Below are positions 49,504-59,224 of a stretch of 64,000 nucleotides of DNA, piece after piece (positions within the stretch are counted from its first letter, which is position 1; every line of letters starts with the position of its first letter). The stretch comes from Pyrodictiaceae archaeon. Lineage in GTDB: Archaea; Thermoproteota; Thermoprotei_A; Sulfolobales; Pyrodictiaceae. The DNA is taken from positions 548,880 to 612,879 of the forward strand of contig JALVSY010000007.1 in NCBI GenBank assembly GCA_027036135.1, in the 5' to 3' direction. The notes under the pieces were generated by a model. It did no database searches, had not been told where the DNA came from, and saw nothing but the letters and a program-made list of their open reading frames with translations. The position numbers were made by a program, and so were the translations under genes.

Positions 49504-50579
49504 TACCTAGTAAGTTGCTTAATTGTCTCGGTGTATACCTTTATTGCTAGCTTGATTTCGCTGAGGGATAGTTTCTCGTCTCTTGTGTGGGCTAGCCCGG
49601 GGTCGCCGGGGCCATAGGCTGCTATGCTCTCTGTGAGCCTCACTAGGTAGTTCATGTCGCTTGTACCGGCCTTTATCACTGGTATTGGTTTCTTCCCGGC
49701 TAGGAGTATTGCTCTTATCAGTGCTCTCGGCACTGGCTTGTTCAGAGAGACCTTTACTGGCTCAACGTACTCGCCTACGGGTCTTGCTTCGCAGCTGCTG
49801 GGTAGTAGCTCTTCTAACTCTCTTAGCGCGTCGTCTAGGTTCTTTCCCGGAGGTATCCTCGTGTCTAGTAGCATCTCGGCCCTCATAGGGACGATGTTGG
49901 AGCCGTCGCCCGCCACTAGCTGCACGGGGGTGAACGAGGTCTCGGCCACGCTCCTACCCCTGCTCCCCAGCTCTAGTACCAGCTTAGCTGCCTTCTCTAG
50001 GGCAGAGGAGCCTGGCTCCGGGGAAGCGCTGTGGCCTCCTCGTCCCCTGCATACTACCCTTATCTTAGCTGAGCCCCGGTAGCCTATTGCTACCCTTGTA
50101 CAGCCAGTTGGCTCGCCTATGACTATATGCTTGAGGCTACGCGGAGCCGTTCTTAGGAAGTATTTGGCCCCAGGGCTATCCGCTTCCTCTCCTACGAGGC
50201 CAGCAACCATTACTGGCGCCTCTGGCTCCGTTGCCGCGACTAGGGCGAGGCTTATGAGCATAGAGACCAAGGGGCCCTTGGCGTCAACGGCTCCCCTGCC
50301 ATAGACTGTGTCTCCCTCTAGCCTTGCGGGGTACCAGTCTCTCACCGTGTCGACGTGGCTGACAAGGGCTACTACTGGGCTCTGTGAGCGCGGGGCTGTG
50401 GCGTAGAAGCTCCCAGCCCTATCGACCCATGCTTCTAGTCCCAGCTCGTCAGCGGCTCGGAGCAAGTACTTTACAGCCTTGCCTTCCTTTCCTGAAGGGC
50501 TCGGTATAGAGACTAGCTCGTAGAGTACCCTGAGCCCCCGGTTAGCTAGCTCTGTTAGCGAGGCATTCTCGGAGCGCAT
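49500..50579 (-). CDS. lysK: LysW-lysine/ornithine hydrolase (M20)
   Basis: SHVDTV, GRGAVDAKG, GEE, GTSDMN, YGPGD and AHT motifs. Confidence 0.9.
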   Translation of the reverse strand: MRSENASLTELANRGLRVLYELVSIPSPSGKEGKAVKYLLRAADELGLEAWVDRAGSFYATAPRSQSPVVALVSHVDTVRDWYPARLEGDTVYGRGAVDAKGPLVSMLISLALVAATEPEAPVMVAGLVGEEADSPGAKYFLRTAPRSLKHIVIGEPTGCTRVAIGYRGSAKIRVVCRGRGGHSASPEPGSSALEKAAKLVLELGSRGRSVAETSFTPVQLVAGDGSNIVPMRAEMLLDTRIPPGKNLDDALRELEELLPSSCEARPVGEYVEPVKVSLNKPVPRALIRAILLAGKKPIPVIKAGTSDMNYLVRLTESIAAYGPGDPGLAHTRDEKLSLSEIKLAIKVYTETIKQLTRY

Positions 50580-51699
50580 TACTCGCCTCCTCCATGTCCT
50601 CCTCGGTAACCATGTAGGGTGCTAGGAACCTGACAACAGTAACCCCAGCGCGTAGAGCAAGGACACCACGAGCTTGGAGGCACTTGAGGACAGGTAATGG
50701 GTTGAACCTGGTATCAACGCCTATCATTAATCCCCTGCCCCTTACTTCCCTAACGCTGCGAACACCACTAAGCCTATCAGAGAGAAGCTCCATGAACACA
50801 CTGCCACGCTCCCCGGCTAAGCGAGGAACATCCTCCTCTAGGAGGACAGAGACAGCAGCCGAGACAGCAGCGAGCGCCAACGGGTTAGCAGCATAGGTTG
50901 AGCCATGCCTACCGCCACGGAGCACACTGGCTAGCTCGCGGCGAGTAAACACAGCCGAGACAGGGAACCCGCCACCCAGAGCCTTCCCCGCGACAACAAT
51001 GTCTGGCTTGATACCGTAGTGCTCATAGGCCCATACGCGCCCGGTACGGCCAAACCCGGCCTGCACCTCATCCACTATTAGCAGCGCATTCCTCTCCCTC
51101 GCTATGCTCTCAAGAGCCTTCAAGAAATCCTCTTTGGCGGGGATGACGCCGCCCTCGCCCTGCACGGGCTCAACGATAACAGCTGCAGCGTCCTCCGGGA
51201 ACATCTTCTCGAGCACAGCTGGCTCGGCATTAAACGGGAGAAACACAACATCCTCCAAGACGGGGAACCCGCGGCGATAACTAGGGCCCCAGGTGACGCT
51301 GAGCGCGCCGAGCGTCCGTCCGTGAAAGGAGCCCCGGAAAGTAACAATCCTCCTACGCCCAGTATAAGCCCATGCTATCTTCAGCGCTGCTTCAACGGCC
51401 TCGGCGCCACTATTAGCAAAGAGAACGGTATCAGCGCCACTAGGGGCAATAGCAGATAATTTCTCGAGAGCCTCTTCCTGGACACTGCACCCGAAAGACG
51501 GGTTACAAACTACGAGTTCGTCAAGCTGTGCCTTGAGGCGCTCAACTACGCGTGGATTATTATGGCCTAGGAAGGCGACACCGTGCTCTGTGTGGAGGTC
51601 TATGTAGCGGCGGCCACCAGTGTCCCATATGTACTGCATATGGGCCTTTGCTACCCTAAGGCCCCTAGAGCCATAGTAGCGTAGAAGCTCTAGGACCAA
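50542..51699 (-). CDS. lysJ: LysW-aminoadipate semialdehyde aminotransferase
   Basis: SGAEAVE, FHGRT, EPVQGEGG, DEVQ and GKALGGG motifs. Confidence 0.92.
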   Translation of the reverse strand: MVLELLRYYGSRGLRVAKAHMQYIWDTGGRRYIDLHTEHGVAFLGHNNPRVVERLKAQLDELVVCNPSFGCSVQEEALEKLSAIAPSGADTVLFANSGAEAVEAALKIAWAYTGRRRIVTFRGSFHGRTLGALSVTWGPSYRRGFPVLEDVVFLPFNAEPAVLEKMFPEDAAAVIVEPVQGEGGVIPAKEDFLKALESIARERNALLIVDEVQAGFGRTGRVWAYEHYGIKPDIVVAGKALGGGFPVSAVFTRRELASVLRGGRHGSTYAANPLALAAVSAAVSVLLEEDVPRLAGERGSVFMELLSDRLSGVRSVREVRGRGLMIGVDTRFNPLPVLKCLQARGVLALRAGVTVVRFLAPYMVTEEDMEEASNALRECLANRAS

Positions 51700-51719
51700 G
51701 AGAAAGCCCTCAGCCCTGG

Positions 51720-52568
51720 TTACTTCCTAGCCTGCTCCACGACGTACCTGGCTATGAGCCCGGCCACGTCTACCCCGGTGACCCTGGCTATGTTCTTGTA
51801 CTCCGGTACAGCGTTAACCTCTAGAACAAGGTAGCCTCGCTCCGGGTCCTCGACCACGTCAACACCACCTATCTCCACTCCGAGGGCGTGGCAGGAGCGC
51901 AGCACCAGGTCCTCGAGAATCGGGTCTACCCGTGCTGGTTCTGCTCTCCCGCCCCTCGCGGTATTGGTTATCCAGTGCTCGCTGACCCGGTAAATAGCGG
52001 CTGGGACCTCGTCGCCAATACACATTGCACGGATATCCCTCCCAGGCTTATCAATATACTCTTGCACGTAGTGCACGCGATACATGCTACCAAGCATCTC
52101 GCGGTGCTCCGCAATAGCTCTCGCGGCCTCCTCGTCGCTCGCGAGCGCTGCTAAGCGCCCCCAGCTACCCATAACAGGCTTCATGACGACAGGGTAGCCT
52201 AGTTTACGAGAAGCCTCAACAACACCCTCAATGCTATAGGCTAGGAGCGTACGAGGCACCGGGATCTTGTTACGATAAAGCACAGAGAGGCTCCAAGCCT
52301 TATCCTCGGCCAACGCGAGGGCGAGGCTACTATTGATAACCCTCACGCCCCAGGACTCAACGGCAGCAGTAGAGGACATGGCGCGGTAGAAGCTAATGGA
52401 GCGCTGAAGAGCTATATCCGCCTCCGCGTACCCGCCTATCTCGAGAATACTAGAGGACACATGGATAGGCTCGACCTCTGCTAGGCCGCGGAGGCGCTCG
52501 AGAATCATCTTCTCGTCGAGGCGAAGCACATCATAGAGGAAAAACACGCGCGTCAAGACACCGGGCAC
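51720..52568 (-). CDS. lysX: Alpha-aminoadipate--LysW ligase
   Basis: KPVMGSWGR, QEYIDKPGRDIR, WITNTARGG and EVN motifs. Confidence 0.93.
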   Translation of the reverse strand: MPGVLTRVFFLYDVLRLDEKMILERLRGLAEVEPIHVSSSILEIGGYAEADIALQRSISFYRAMSSTAAVESWGVRVINSSLALALAEDKAWSLSVLYRNKIPVPRTLLAYSIEGVVEASRKLGYPVVMKPVMGSWGRLAALASDEEAARAIAEHREMLGSMYRVHYVQEYIDKPGRDIRAMCIGDEVPAAIYRVSEHWITNTARGGRAEPARVDPILEDLVLRSCHALGVEIGGVDVVEDPERGYLVLEVNAVPEYKNIARVTGVDVAGLIARYVVEQARK

Positions 52569-52582
52569 CTCCTCCAGGGAAT

Positions 52583-52765
52583 TTACTCTCCCCAGTCCTC
52601 CTGGACTCCCTCGAATGGGCGGAGTGCTAGGTTACCATTCGAGTCCCTGTAGACCTCTAGCACTACTCCACAGTCATGCTCGATTAGCTCGCCCGGCATA
52701 GCGTCGTCCGGGACCTCTACCGGGTTACCACAGACCGGGCACTTGAGCACTGGCACCCTCTTCAC
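52583..52765 (-). CDS. lysW: Amino-group carrier protein
   Basis: CPVC..HDC and C-terminal EDWGE. Confidence 0.96.
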   Translation of the reverse strand: MKRVPVLKCPVCGNPVEVPDDAMPGELIEHDCGVVLEVYRDSNGNLALRPFEGVQEDWGE

Positions 52766-52843
52766 ACCCCTCTACGGTACTGATTCATGTACCCAGCGGT
52801 ACTTGGGTACGGTACAGTGTTTAAGCACATTCCCTCAATAAAT

Positions 52844-52860
52844 GGTTCGGTTCCAGTACC
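52844..52860. promoter_or_regulatory. Candidate LysM-type operator
   Basis: GGTTC-N7-GTACC just upstream of a CTTAAA TATA-like box for lysW, in the divergent lysW/lysY spacer. Confidence 0.45.
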
Positions 52861-52998
52861 CTCGTCTACTAGGTGGGCCACCCCCTATTCTCCCCCACTT
52901 TGTTAAATCCGTGCACAGCGAGGGCGAATGGAATCGGAGCACCAAATACATAGTGTTGCTCCAGCTAGTGCAGCTGCCGAAGAGGTGCGCCACAAGCC

Positions 52999-54045
52999 AT
53001 GATACGTGTAGCGATACTAGGGGGCTCAGGCTATACTGGTGGAGAACTCTTACGCATCCTAGCTGCCCACCCCTATGTCGAGGTAGTCTATGTCACAAGC
53101 CGCGAGTACGCGGGAGCCCCCATATACTTCGCTCACCCCAACCTGAGAGGCTATTACCAGGGGCTCCGATTCGAGAAACTAGTTCTCGACAAGGCCCTCG
53201 AGGCAGACACAGTGTTCTCCGCGCTACCCCACGGGGTAGGATTAGAGACGACAGCTAAGCTCCTCGAGAGCGGCGTACAAGTCGTGGACCTGAGTGCTGA
53301 TTATAGGCTCAAGGACCCCGGGGCCTATCGGGAATGGTATGGCTTCGAGCACCCCTACCCCGATCTACTCGAGAAAGCCGTCTATGGTCTCCCCGAGCTA
53401 CACCGAGACGAGCTACCAGGAGCAAGGCTCATAGCGAGCCCTGGCTGCAACGCTACAGCAGCGATACTAGCCTCAGCCCCCCTCGTGAAGCACCGGCTAC
53501 TAGCAACCAATAGGATAATAGTGGACGTGAAGGCGGGGAGCAGTGAACGGGGCTCCAAGCCCAGCCGCTCATCCCATCACCCAGAGCGAGAGGGCGCTAT
53601 GCGCCCCTACTCGCCAAGCGGGCACCGCCACGCAGCCGAGGCCGAGCAAGAGCTGAGCAGGTTAGCTGACGGAGAGGTGAGGGTCTCCCTAATCCCTCAC
53701 GCTGTGTCCTCGATACGAGGCGTACTCGCCTCGGCTCACGGATGGCTAAGAGACGGGGTAACAGGCACCGATGTTGCCAGGGCATATGCGGAGACTTATC
53801 GAGGCCAGCGCTTCATACGGGTAATAGCCCTCGGCAAGCACGGCACCGTTGACCCCAAGTTCGTGCAGGGAAGCAACTACGCCGACATAGGCTACGCTGT
53901 GGAGAAGCGGGTCGCGAGAGTCACGGGATTCGCGGCCATAGATAACCTAGTCAGAGGCGCGGCGGGCCAAGCAGTCCAGGCCTTCAACATATCGAGGGGC
54001 TTGCCCGAGGACGCTGGGCTAGCCTATCCCCCACTCCACCCCTAG
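52999..54045 (+). CDS. lysY: LysW-aminoadipyl-phosphate reductase (ArgC family)
   Basis: GGSGYTGGEL, DLSADYR, PGCNAT, HRH and DNLVRGAAG motifs. Confidence 0.92.
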   Translation: MIRVAILGGSGYTGGELLRILAAHPYVEVVYVTSREYAGAPIYFAHPNLRGYYQGLRFEKLVLDKALEADTVFSALPHGVGLETTAKLLESGVQVVDLSADYRLKDPGAYREWYGFEHPYPDLLEKAVYGLPELHRDELPGARLIASPGCNATAAILASAPLVKHRLLATNRIIVDVKAGSSERGSKPSRSSHHPEREGAMRPYSPSGHRHAAEAEQELSRLADGEVRVSLIPHAVSSIRGVLASAHGWLRDGVTGTDVARAYAETYRGQRFIRVIALGKHGTVDPKFVQGSNYADIGYAVEKRVARVTGFAAIDNLVRGAAGQAVQAFNISRGLPEDAGLAYPPLHP

Positions 54046-54073
54046 GCAGTACGGCGGCGAGGAGACCCGAGCC

Positions 54074-54886
54074 TTGGTCATAGTGGTAAAGGCTGGTGGC
54101 AGGCTCATAGCGAGCCCCGAGACCCGTTCAAGGATACTAAGCGATATAGCGCGGCTAGCGGATAGCGGCGAGAAAATAGTCTTCGTCCACGGAGGAGGCG
54201 ACATAGTAACAGAGTACTCCAGGAAGATGGGTATAGAGCCTAGGTTCGTTGTCTCGCCGAGCGGTATTAGGAGCAGGTACACGGGGCCAGAGGAGCTAGA
54301 AGTCTACGTAATGGTCATGGCTGGTAAGCTGAACAAAGAGATAGTCGCGGGCCTAAACCATGGAGCCAACCGCGCAATAGGCGTAACCGGGGCGGACTGC
54401 TCCATGCTCTTGGCTGAGAGGAAGAAGAGAATAATCATATTGAACGAGAAGGGTAGGAAGCAAGTCATACCCGGGGGCTACACTGGGAAGATAAAAAGCG
54501 TGAACAAAGAGTGCCTCGACAAGCTCCTAGAACAGGTAAACATAGTCGTCGTATCGCCACTAGCACTCGGCACAGAGGGCGAACTACTAAACGTAGACGG
54601 GGATCAAGCAGCAGCAAGCATCGCTACAGCACTCCAAGCAAAGACACTAGTCCTATTAACCGATGTACCCGGGGTAATCCTGGGCGACAAGGTACTAGAG
54701 AAAATACCACTAAGCCAAGCAGAGACAATAGCGAAGAAGACAGGCTACGGAATGAACCGCAAAATACTCATGGCCGCGAAAGCCATCGAGAACGGCGTAG
54801 GAGCAGCAATCATAGCACCCGGGAACACAGAGAACCCAGTAACAAGGGCGCTACGAGGAGAGACCGGGACAAGAATCGAGCCCTAA
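54074..54886 (+). CDS. lysZ: LysW-aminoadipate kinase (ArgB family)
   Basis: VKAGG, VHGGG, SRYT and LNVDGD motifs. Confidence 0.92.
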   Translation: MVIVVKAGGRLIASPETRSRILSDIARLADSGEKIVFVHGGGDIVTEYSRKMGIEPRFVVSPSGIRSRYTGPEELEVYVMVMAGKLNKEIVAGLNHGANRAIGVTGADCSMLLAERKKRIIILNEKGRKQVIPGGYTGKIKSVNKECLDKLLEQVNIVVVSPLALGTEGELLNVDGDQAAASIATALQAKTLVLLTDVPGVILGDKVLEKIPLSQAETIAKKTGYGMNRKILMAAKAIENGVGAAIIAPGNTENPVTRALRGETGTRIEP

Positions 54887-54929
54887 CAACGATGCAGATG
54901 CAACCAGTGCAGCAACATCCTAAGCCCAT

Positions 54930-55064
54930 CTAGCCATTATCCCGATCCTCTCTCACAGAGCGTGCAGCAAATCCCTTCGGCGCCTTTATATCAATGCTCT
55001 TGAGCCTCCTAATAATTGCTTCGAGATTCTCCTCGGCACTAAGCCTGTTAGCCTTTTTCCTCAT
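54930..55064 (-). pseudogene. Antitoxin C-terminal remnant
   Basis: Manual translation ends APKGFAARSVREDRDNG, typical of a VapB C-terminus; no toxin follows. Confidence 0.45.
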
Positions 55065-55260
55065 CTTGTATCCATCTCCAGGGAGCTTGCCTAGCCAAGA
55101 AGATAGTTGTACTGGGTCTCAATAAAGCTGCTGGACTCATTAAGCAAGCTAGCTTTACCATAGGAACTTAGAAACCCTAGCCTAATGAGTAGCGTGGATC
55201 GCTACATTATATGAACCCGGTATACTGGCTACGCGTCTCGGGACTAGAGGGCTGCGCGTC

Positions 55261-55719
55261 ATGGAGCTTGTTCTTATCGCGGGCGAGGGCAGGGATGTCG
55301 GCAAGACTCTTCTCGGCGAGCGCCTAGTCGCTGCGCTGAGGAATAGGGGGCTCCGAGTAGGCGTTGTCAAGCACGTACACCATGGTGTCGACTACCGTGT
55401 CAAGGATACTGGCCGCTACCTCGGCGCGGGAGCCGAGCGCGTAGTAGCAGTCGGGCCAAGCGAGTACATGGTGGTTGAGAAGAAGAGGCTAGGATTCTGG
55501 GAAGCAATACAACTACTAAATGGCCCCGACGCAGTCATAGTAGAAGGATTCAGGGAGCATATAGACAGCGTCATAGAGAAGGGGGGATGTACGGCCTACA
55601 TACACAGAGACGGCACCATAGACATTAACCCGGGGAACAAGGAGGTTCACAATATAGACGAAGTACTACATGTTCTCACAGAACTAGTAGCAGCTAAGAA
55701 ATGTACAATCACGGCCTAA
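55261..55719 (+). CDS. mobB: Molybdopterin-guanine dinucleotide biosynthesis protein B
   Basis: GKT, VGVVKHVHH, KDT.RY..AGA and IVEGF motifs. Confidence 0.85.
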   Translation: MELVLIAGEGRDVGKTLLGERLVAALRNRGLRVGVVKHVHHGVDYRVKDTGRYLGAGAERVVAVGPSEYMVVEKKRLGFWEAIQLLNGPDAVIVEGFREHIDSVIEKGGCTAYIHRDGTIDINPGNKEVHNIDEVLHVLTELVAAKKCTITA

Positions 55720-55812
55720 TTGGAGTTTAACTAGGGTGATTTATGGAGCGTTTCCTTCCACAGACCTAGCTTAGCGTTGTTCCCTTGAAGGCTTCTAGTA
55801 CTCAATTAATAA

Positions 55813-56217
55813 TTATCTAATCCACAGTCTTTTTACTTCTCTTATTTTATCGAATTCTTTATCCTCGGTCGCTATTAGCTCTATATTATTGTTGAGCATT
55901 ACAGCCACGTGGAGAGCATCAGACGGCTTAATACCGTAATCAGATATGAGCTTAGCTGCTTCTCTATATTCTTCTTCGCCAAGGCTAAGAACCAATACAT
56001 AGGGGAGTACATTAGCTTCTATGAATTTTATAGAGACGTTGTATGGTACATGGTATTTTCTTTTAGAGACAAAGATGGTCTCATCAAGCATTAATGCATC
56101 TGTGTAGAGTTCATGATTATCTATTAAGTCAAAATAGAACCTTTCGTATATAGATCTGGTTGAACTAGTTATTGTATTAAGATATATGAAGAGCGTAGCA
56201 TCTATAAATATTTTCAA
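55813..56217 (-). CDS. PIN-domain (VapC) toxin
   Basis: IFIDAT, PSDALHVAVM and TEDKEFD motifs. Confidence 0.9.
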   Translation of the reverse strand: MKIFIDATLFIYLNTITSSTRSIYERFYFDLIDNHELYTDALMLDETIFVSKRKYHVPYNVSIKFIEANVLPYVLVLSLGEEEYREAAKLISDYGIKPSDALHVAVMLNNNIELIATEDKEFDKIREVKRLWIR

Positions 56218-56525
56218 TCCTCGAACTCCTCTTCGAGATAAACCTCTGCAAGCTCACCGGGTTTTGGCTCCCTTCTACCCTGTATCTTCTTAAGTCTTTC
56301 AACATGCTCTCTCATGGACTCCTTATGCCTTTCTATATCGGGTTTAGGTGATTTTCTCACAGGCCTAAGTACTATTTCTCCGTCATTCCTTACCTCAACG
56401 ACGAGTTCGTCTCCTTCATTAAGGCCGAGCTGTTCACGTATCGCTTTTGGCAACGATATGTATCCTTCATTTCTTTCATTCTTAACTCTTAGCCTCGTCT
56501 GTCGTGTCCTCAGTCGAAGAGCCAA
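56214..56525 (-). CDS. AbrB/MazE-family antitoxin
   Basis: GYISLPKAIREQLGLNEGD. Confidence 0.85.
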   Translation of the reverse strand: MALRLRTRQTRLRVKNERNEGYISLPKAIREQLGLNEGDELVVEVRNDGEIVLRPVRKSPKPDIERHKESMREHVERLKKIQGRREPKPGELAEVYLEEEFED

Positions 56526-56807
56526 CCAAGCCCCCTCCTACTACATATAAGAGGGATACGGCAGTGTTAAGCCTAACTAGCTATGCTATATACAGCTACC
56601 TTATACTTATCAATACTTATACCATTCTCAAACACTGGATACGAGGTCAGACGATATTATAGCTTATAAACAATATCTAGGTATCCTCTCATCTTCTTTA
56701 CAAACAATTCTTTATAAAAACCTCACAAAAAGTTACTACAGTCCTAAATAATTGCGAAGGACCAATCACGAAAAGAACCCCTAGGTCTCCGTGGCAGATC
56801 GCTAATG

Positions 56808-56823
56808 AGCGAAATATTTCGCT
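56808..56823. repeat. Perfect 16-bp palindrome
   Basis: AGCGAAATATTTCGCT just past the stop of the 56840 gene. Confidence 0.5.
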
Positions 56824-56839
56824 ACTAGCTAATAGCTCC

Positions 56840-57187
56840 CTATTCATAGCGACGCTTTCTCGCCGCTATTGCTCCTCCTATTGCTCCGCCTAGGGCTGAG
56901 AGGCATAGGCCGCAAGCACTGATTAGGAGCAGTGTCATCCCGAGCCCCCATCCGAGTATAGCACCTGGCCAGCCTAGCAGCGAAGCGCTAACGATTATCG
57001 CTATTATGCTCCACGCGACGACTGCTGCGAGCGAGGCAACGAATCCAGCCAGTGCTCCCTTGGCGGGGCCTTGGCGGGTTAGATAGCCAGCCACAAAGCC
57101 TGCCACCAAGTAACCGAACACTATGCCGAAGGGAAGCGGCGTCGAGAGAAAAGCAATAATTGCCCCAATAATAATGCCCAGCAGCAC
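56840..57187 (-). CDS. Gly-rich membrane protein (DUF5518-like)
   Basis: GFVAGY, GALAG and GGAIGG TM motifs. Confidence 0.7.
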   Translation of the reverse strand: MLLGIIIGAIIAFLSTPLPFGIVFGYLVAGFVAGYLTRQGPAKGALAGFVASLAAVVAWSIIAIIVSASLLGWPGAILGWGLGMTLLLISACGLCLSALGGAIGGAIAARKRRYE

Positions 57188-57325
57188 GGCTTAGCCCCAC
57201 GAGCTATTAGGGGATGCGTCTACGTAATTATTCCTATTGCAGGTACTTCGTCTTTCGAAAGTCTAGGACTTGTACAAACATGGATAATAACCGGAAAAGA
57301 GTTACGAGGTACGGGCCTTGCTTCC

Positions 57326-59035
57326 CTAATCCCATCTCCTTACATAGGCGTAGAGAGCAGCAGCGATAACAGCAGCAACTAATGCGATTAGCGCGAGCCA
57401 TAGGAAGCCATTGCTGTGCTTAGAGACTGTCTTAGCAGTGCCCGTGTATCGTTGATTCTTGTTCTCTGCTTGCGTCTTGGACATTACTGAGGTGCCTAGG
57501 TTCTTGGCCTCTTTATTGCTGGCCTCGTTCTTCTCGGTGAGAGATGTTGTTGTCTTTGTAGCTAGGAGTTCTTTGCTCTTATTGAGCAACGTTGTCTCTA
57601 GGTTCTTGAGCCCGGCTATACTGGTCTCTGAGGACGGGTTCACTACTTTGTTGAATATTTGCTCGGGTAGGCTTGGTTCCTTGCTCCATGCTTGCTGTGC
57701 TCGTAGCAGTATTGGTGCTACTGTTTCCCCGTAGTAGGTGCACATGTAGTCTGTCCCGTTGAGGTCGCGTGGCCATAGATAAATCGTTACTATGGGTGAG
57801 CTGTTAGCTGAGAAGACCCTTAGGACACCTACTGGGATCCCGTTAATCACTCTCTCCTCGTACCTGACAGTCGCGTTGTCGGGTATCTTTGTCGGTGATT
57901 TCCTTACCTGGTCGCTGATCGTCTCTAGGCCGAGGTTGGGGCCCCGCACTACTAGCATGACCGCGTCGAGGCCGTTGACGCGGACTGGTGCATAGAATAC
58001 TGCGAAGTCCCTGGGCTCTCTGGGCACGAGTGCACGGAACTGTAGGGCTACGACGGCGCCGTGTGTTATGTTGGTGAGGCTGAACCTCTTTATGGCTATC
58101 ACCTTGCTCAATAGTTTCTCGAGCCTCTGTGTATCACCGTTCTTTGCCGCAGCGTAGAGGGCCTTGGCGAGGCCTGGTTCCCGTAGCGCTGTATAGTTTA
58201 TCTCAGCAACGTTATAGCTCCTATTGGTTACGAGGCGACAAGTCTCTGATAAGCCTTTCTCAACTGGCTCGAGGCTACACGTGGAGCCCAGATAGGCATA
58301 GGACGGGATAATACTGCCACGGAGTGTTGCCAGCGAGCCGCTTACGCTCTGATTCGCTTGCTTCTGTAGCTCCTCGAGTATCTTGAGAACATTGTGCACT
58401 AGGACGTAGGCGTAGGCATCGGGGCTCAGTGTAAGATTATATGGGAATAACGGGGAAGCGCCAACACGGACAAGCTTCTCACCAATCTTGAGGAATGTCT
58501 CGCCATCCTTAGTGTTTATTAGGAATACCGTTGATATGTTCATCCACGCTGGTACCAGGTTCTCGGCCTTTATCTCGCCGAGGTACTTGAGGAGGTCTAG
58601 GTCATACTCTGCGGCTAGGTTGGTTGGTCTTAGTTCTACGCTGAGCCAGGTCTCGTTAATCCTCCTCACGGAGATGCTTATATTACCATCTACGATATAG
58701 TCTAGCGTCGCAGCGACGTCCCTACCAGATACCTCTACGTAGACGAAGTAGTCATTGCCAATCCTTTCAACCCTCGTCACGTGTATACTTGGCTCCTTTG
58801 ACTCGTTGTGAACGAGGCTCAGCACTGCATAGACGCGGGCAACACTATTATTTGTGTAAACGTGTGTCAACGGCTTGATAACTGAGCCATTGAGCCAGAC
58901 CATCGTTACCAAGTAGTCTCTATGAACTGGTACACAGCTAGCAAAGCCATGGCTAGACGCGGTAGCCGTTGCAACAGATACTAACACTACACCTAGGAAC
59001 AAGGCTACAGGTAACCAGTACGCCTTCATGCCCAT
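57326..59035 (-). CDS. Cell-surface protein with a signal peptide and C-terminal membrane anchor
   Basis: N-terminal signal, many sequons, T/S/K linker, C-terminal TM followed by RR. Confidence 0.75.
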   Translation of the reverse strand: MGMKAYWLPVALFLGVVLVSVATATASSHGFASCVPVHRDYLVTMVWLNGSVIKPLTHVYTNNSVARVYAVLSLVHNESKEPSIHVTRVERIGNDYFVYVEVSGRDVAATLDYIVDGNISISVRRINETWLSVELRPTNLAAEYDLDLLKYLGEIKAENLVPAWMNISTVFLINTKDGETFLKIGEKLVRVGASPLFPYNLTLSPDAYAYVLVHNVLKILEELQKQANQSVSGSLATLRGSIIPSYAYLGSTCSLEPVEKGLSETCRLVTNRSYNVAEINYTALREPGLAKALYAAAKNGDTQRLEKLLSKVIAIKRFSLTNITHGAVVALQFRALVPREPRDFAVFYAPVRVNGLDAVMLVVRGPNLGLETISDQVRKSPTKIPDNATVRYEERVINGIPVGVLRVFSANSSPIVTIYLWPRDLNGTDYMCTYYGETVAPILLRAQQAWSKEPSLPEQIFNKVVNPSSETSIAGLKNLETTLLNKSKELLATKTTTSLTEKNEASNKEAKNLGTSVMSKTQAENKNQRYTGTAKTVSKHSNGFLWLALIALVAAVIAAALYAYVRRWD

Positions 59036-59081
59036 CCCTCCTCCGAGAAAACAATCAAAGGACTTAGAGGCACGGTGTCCA

Positions 59082-59185
59082 GTGAAGAAGGAGACAAGCC
59101 CCTGTTCCTAATATACCAGGGTTTAGATGCGATGTAAAACAAGCCTTATATACCAGGGGAGACGAGGGCCCTGTTCCTTCTTCAC
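59082..59185. repeat. 104-bp segment with 11-bp terminal inverted repeats and internal direct repeats
   Basis: GTGAAGAAGGA/TCCTTCTTCAC; CCTWATATACCAGGG twice; CCCTGTTCCT twice. Confidence 0.45.
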
Positions 59186-59224
59186 GGCTAGTAAGCAGCA
59201 TATTGTCTAGGGAAGAGAAAGGGG

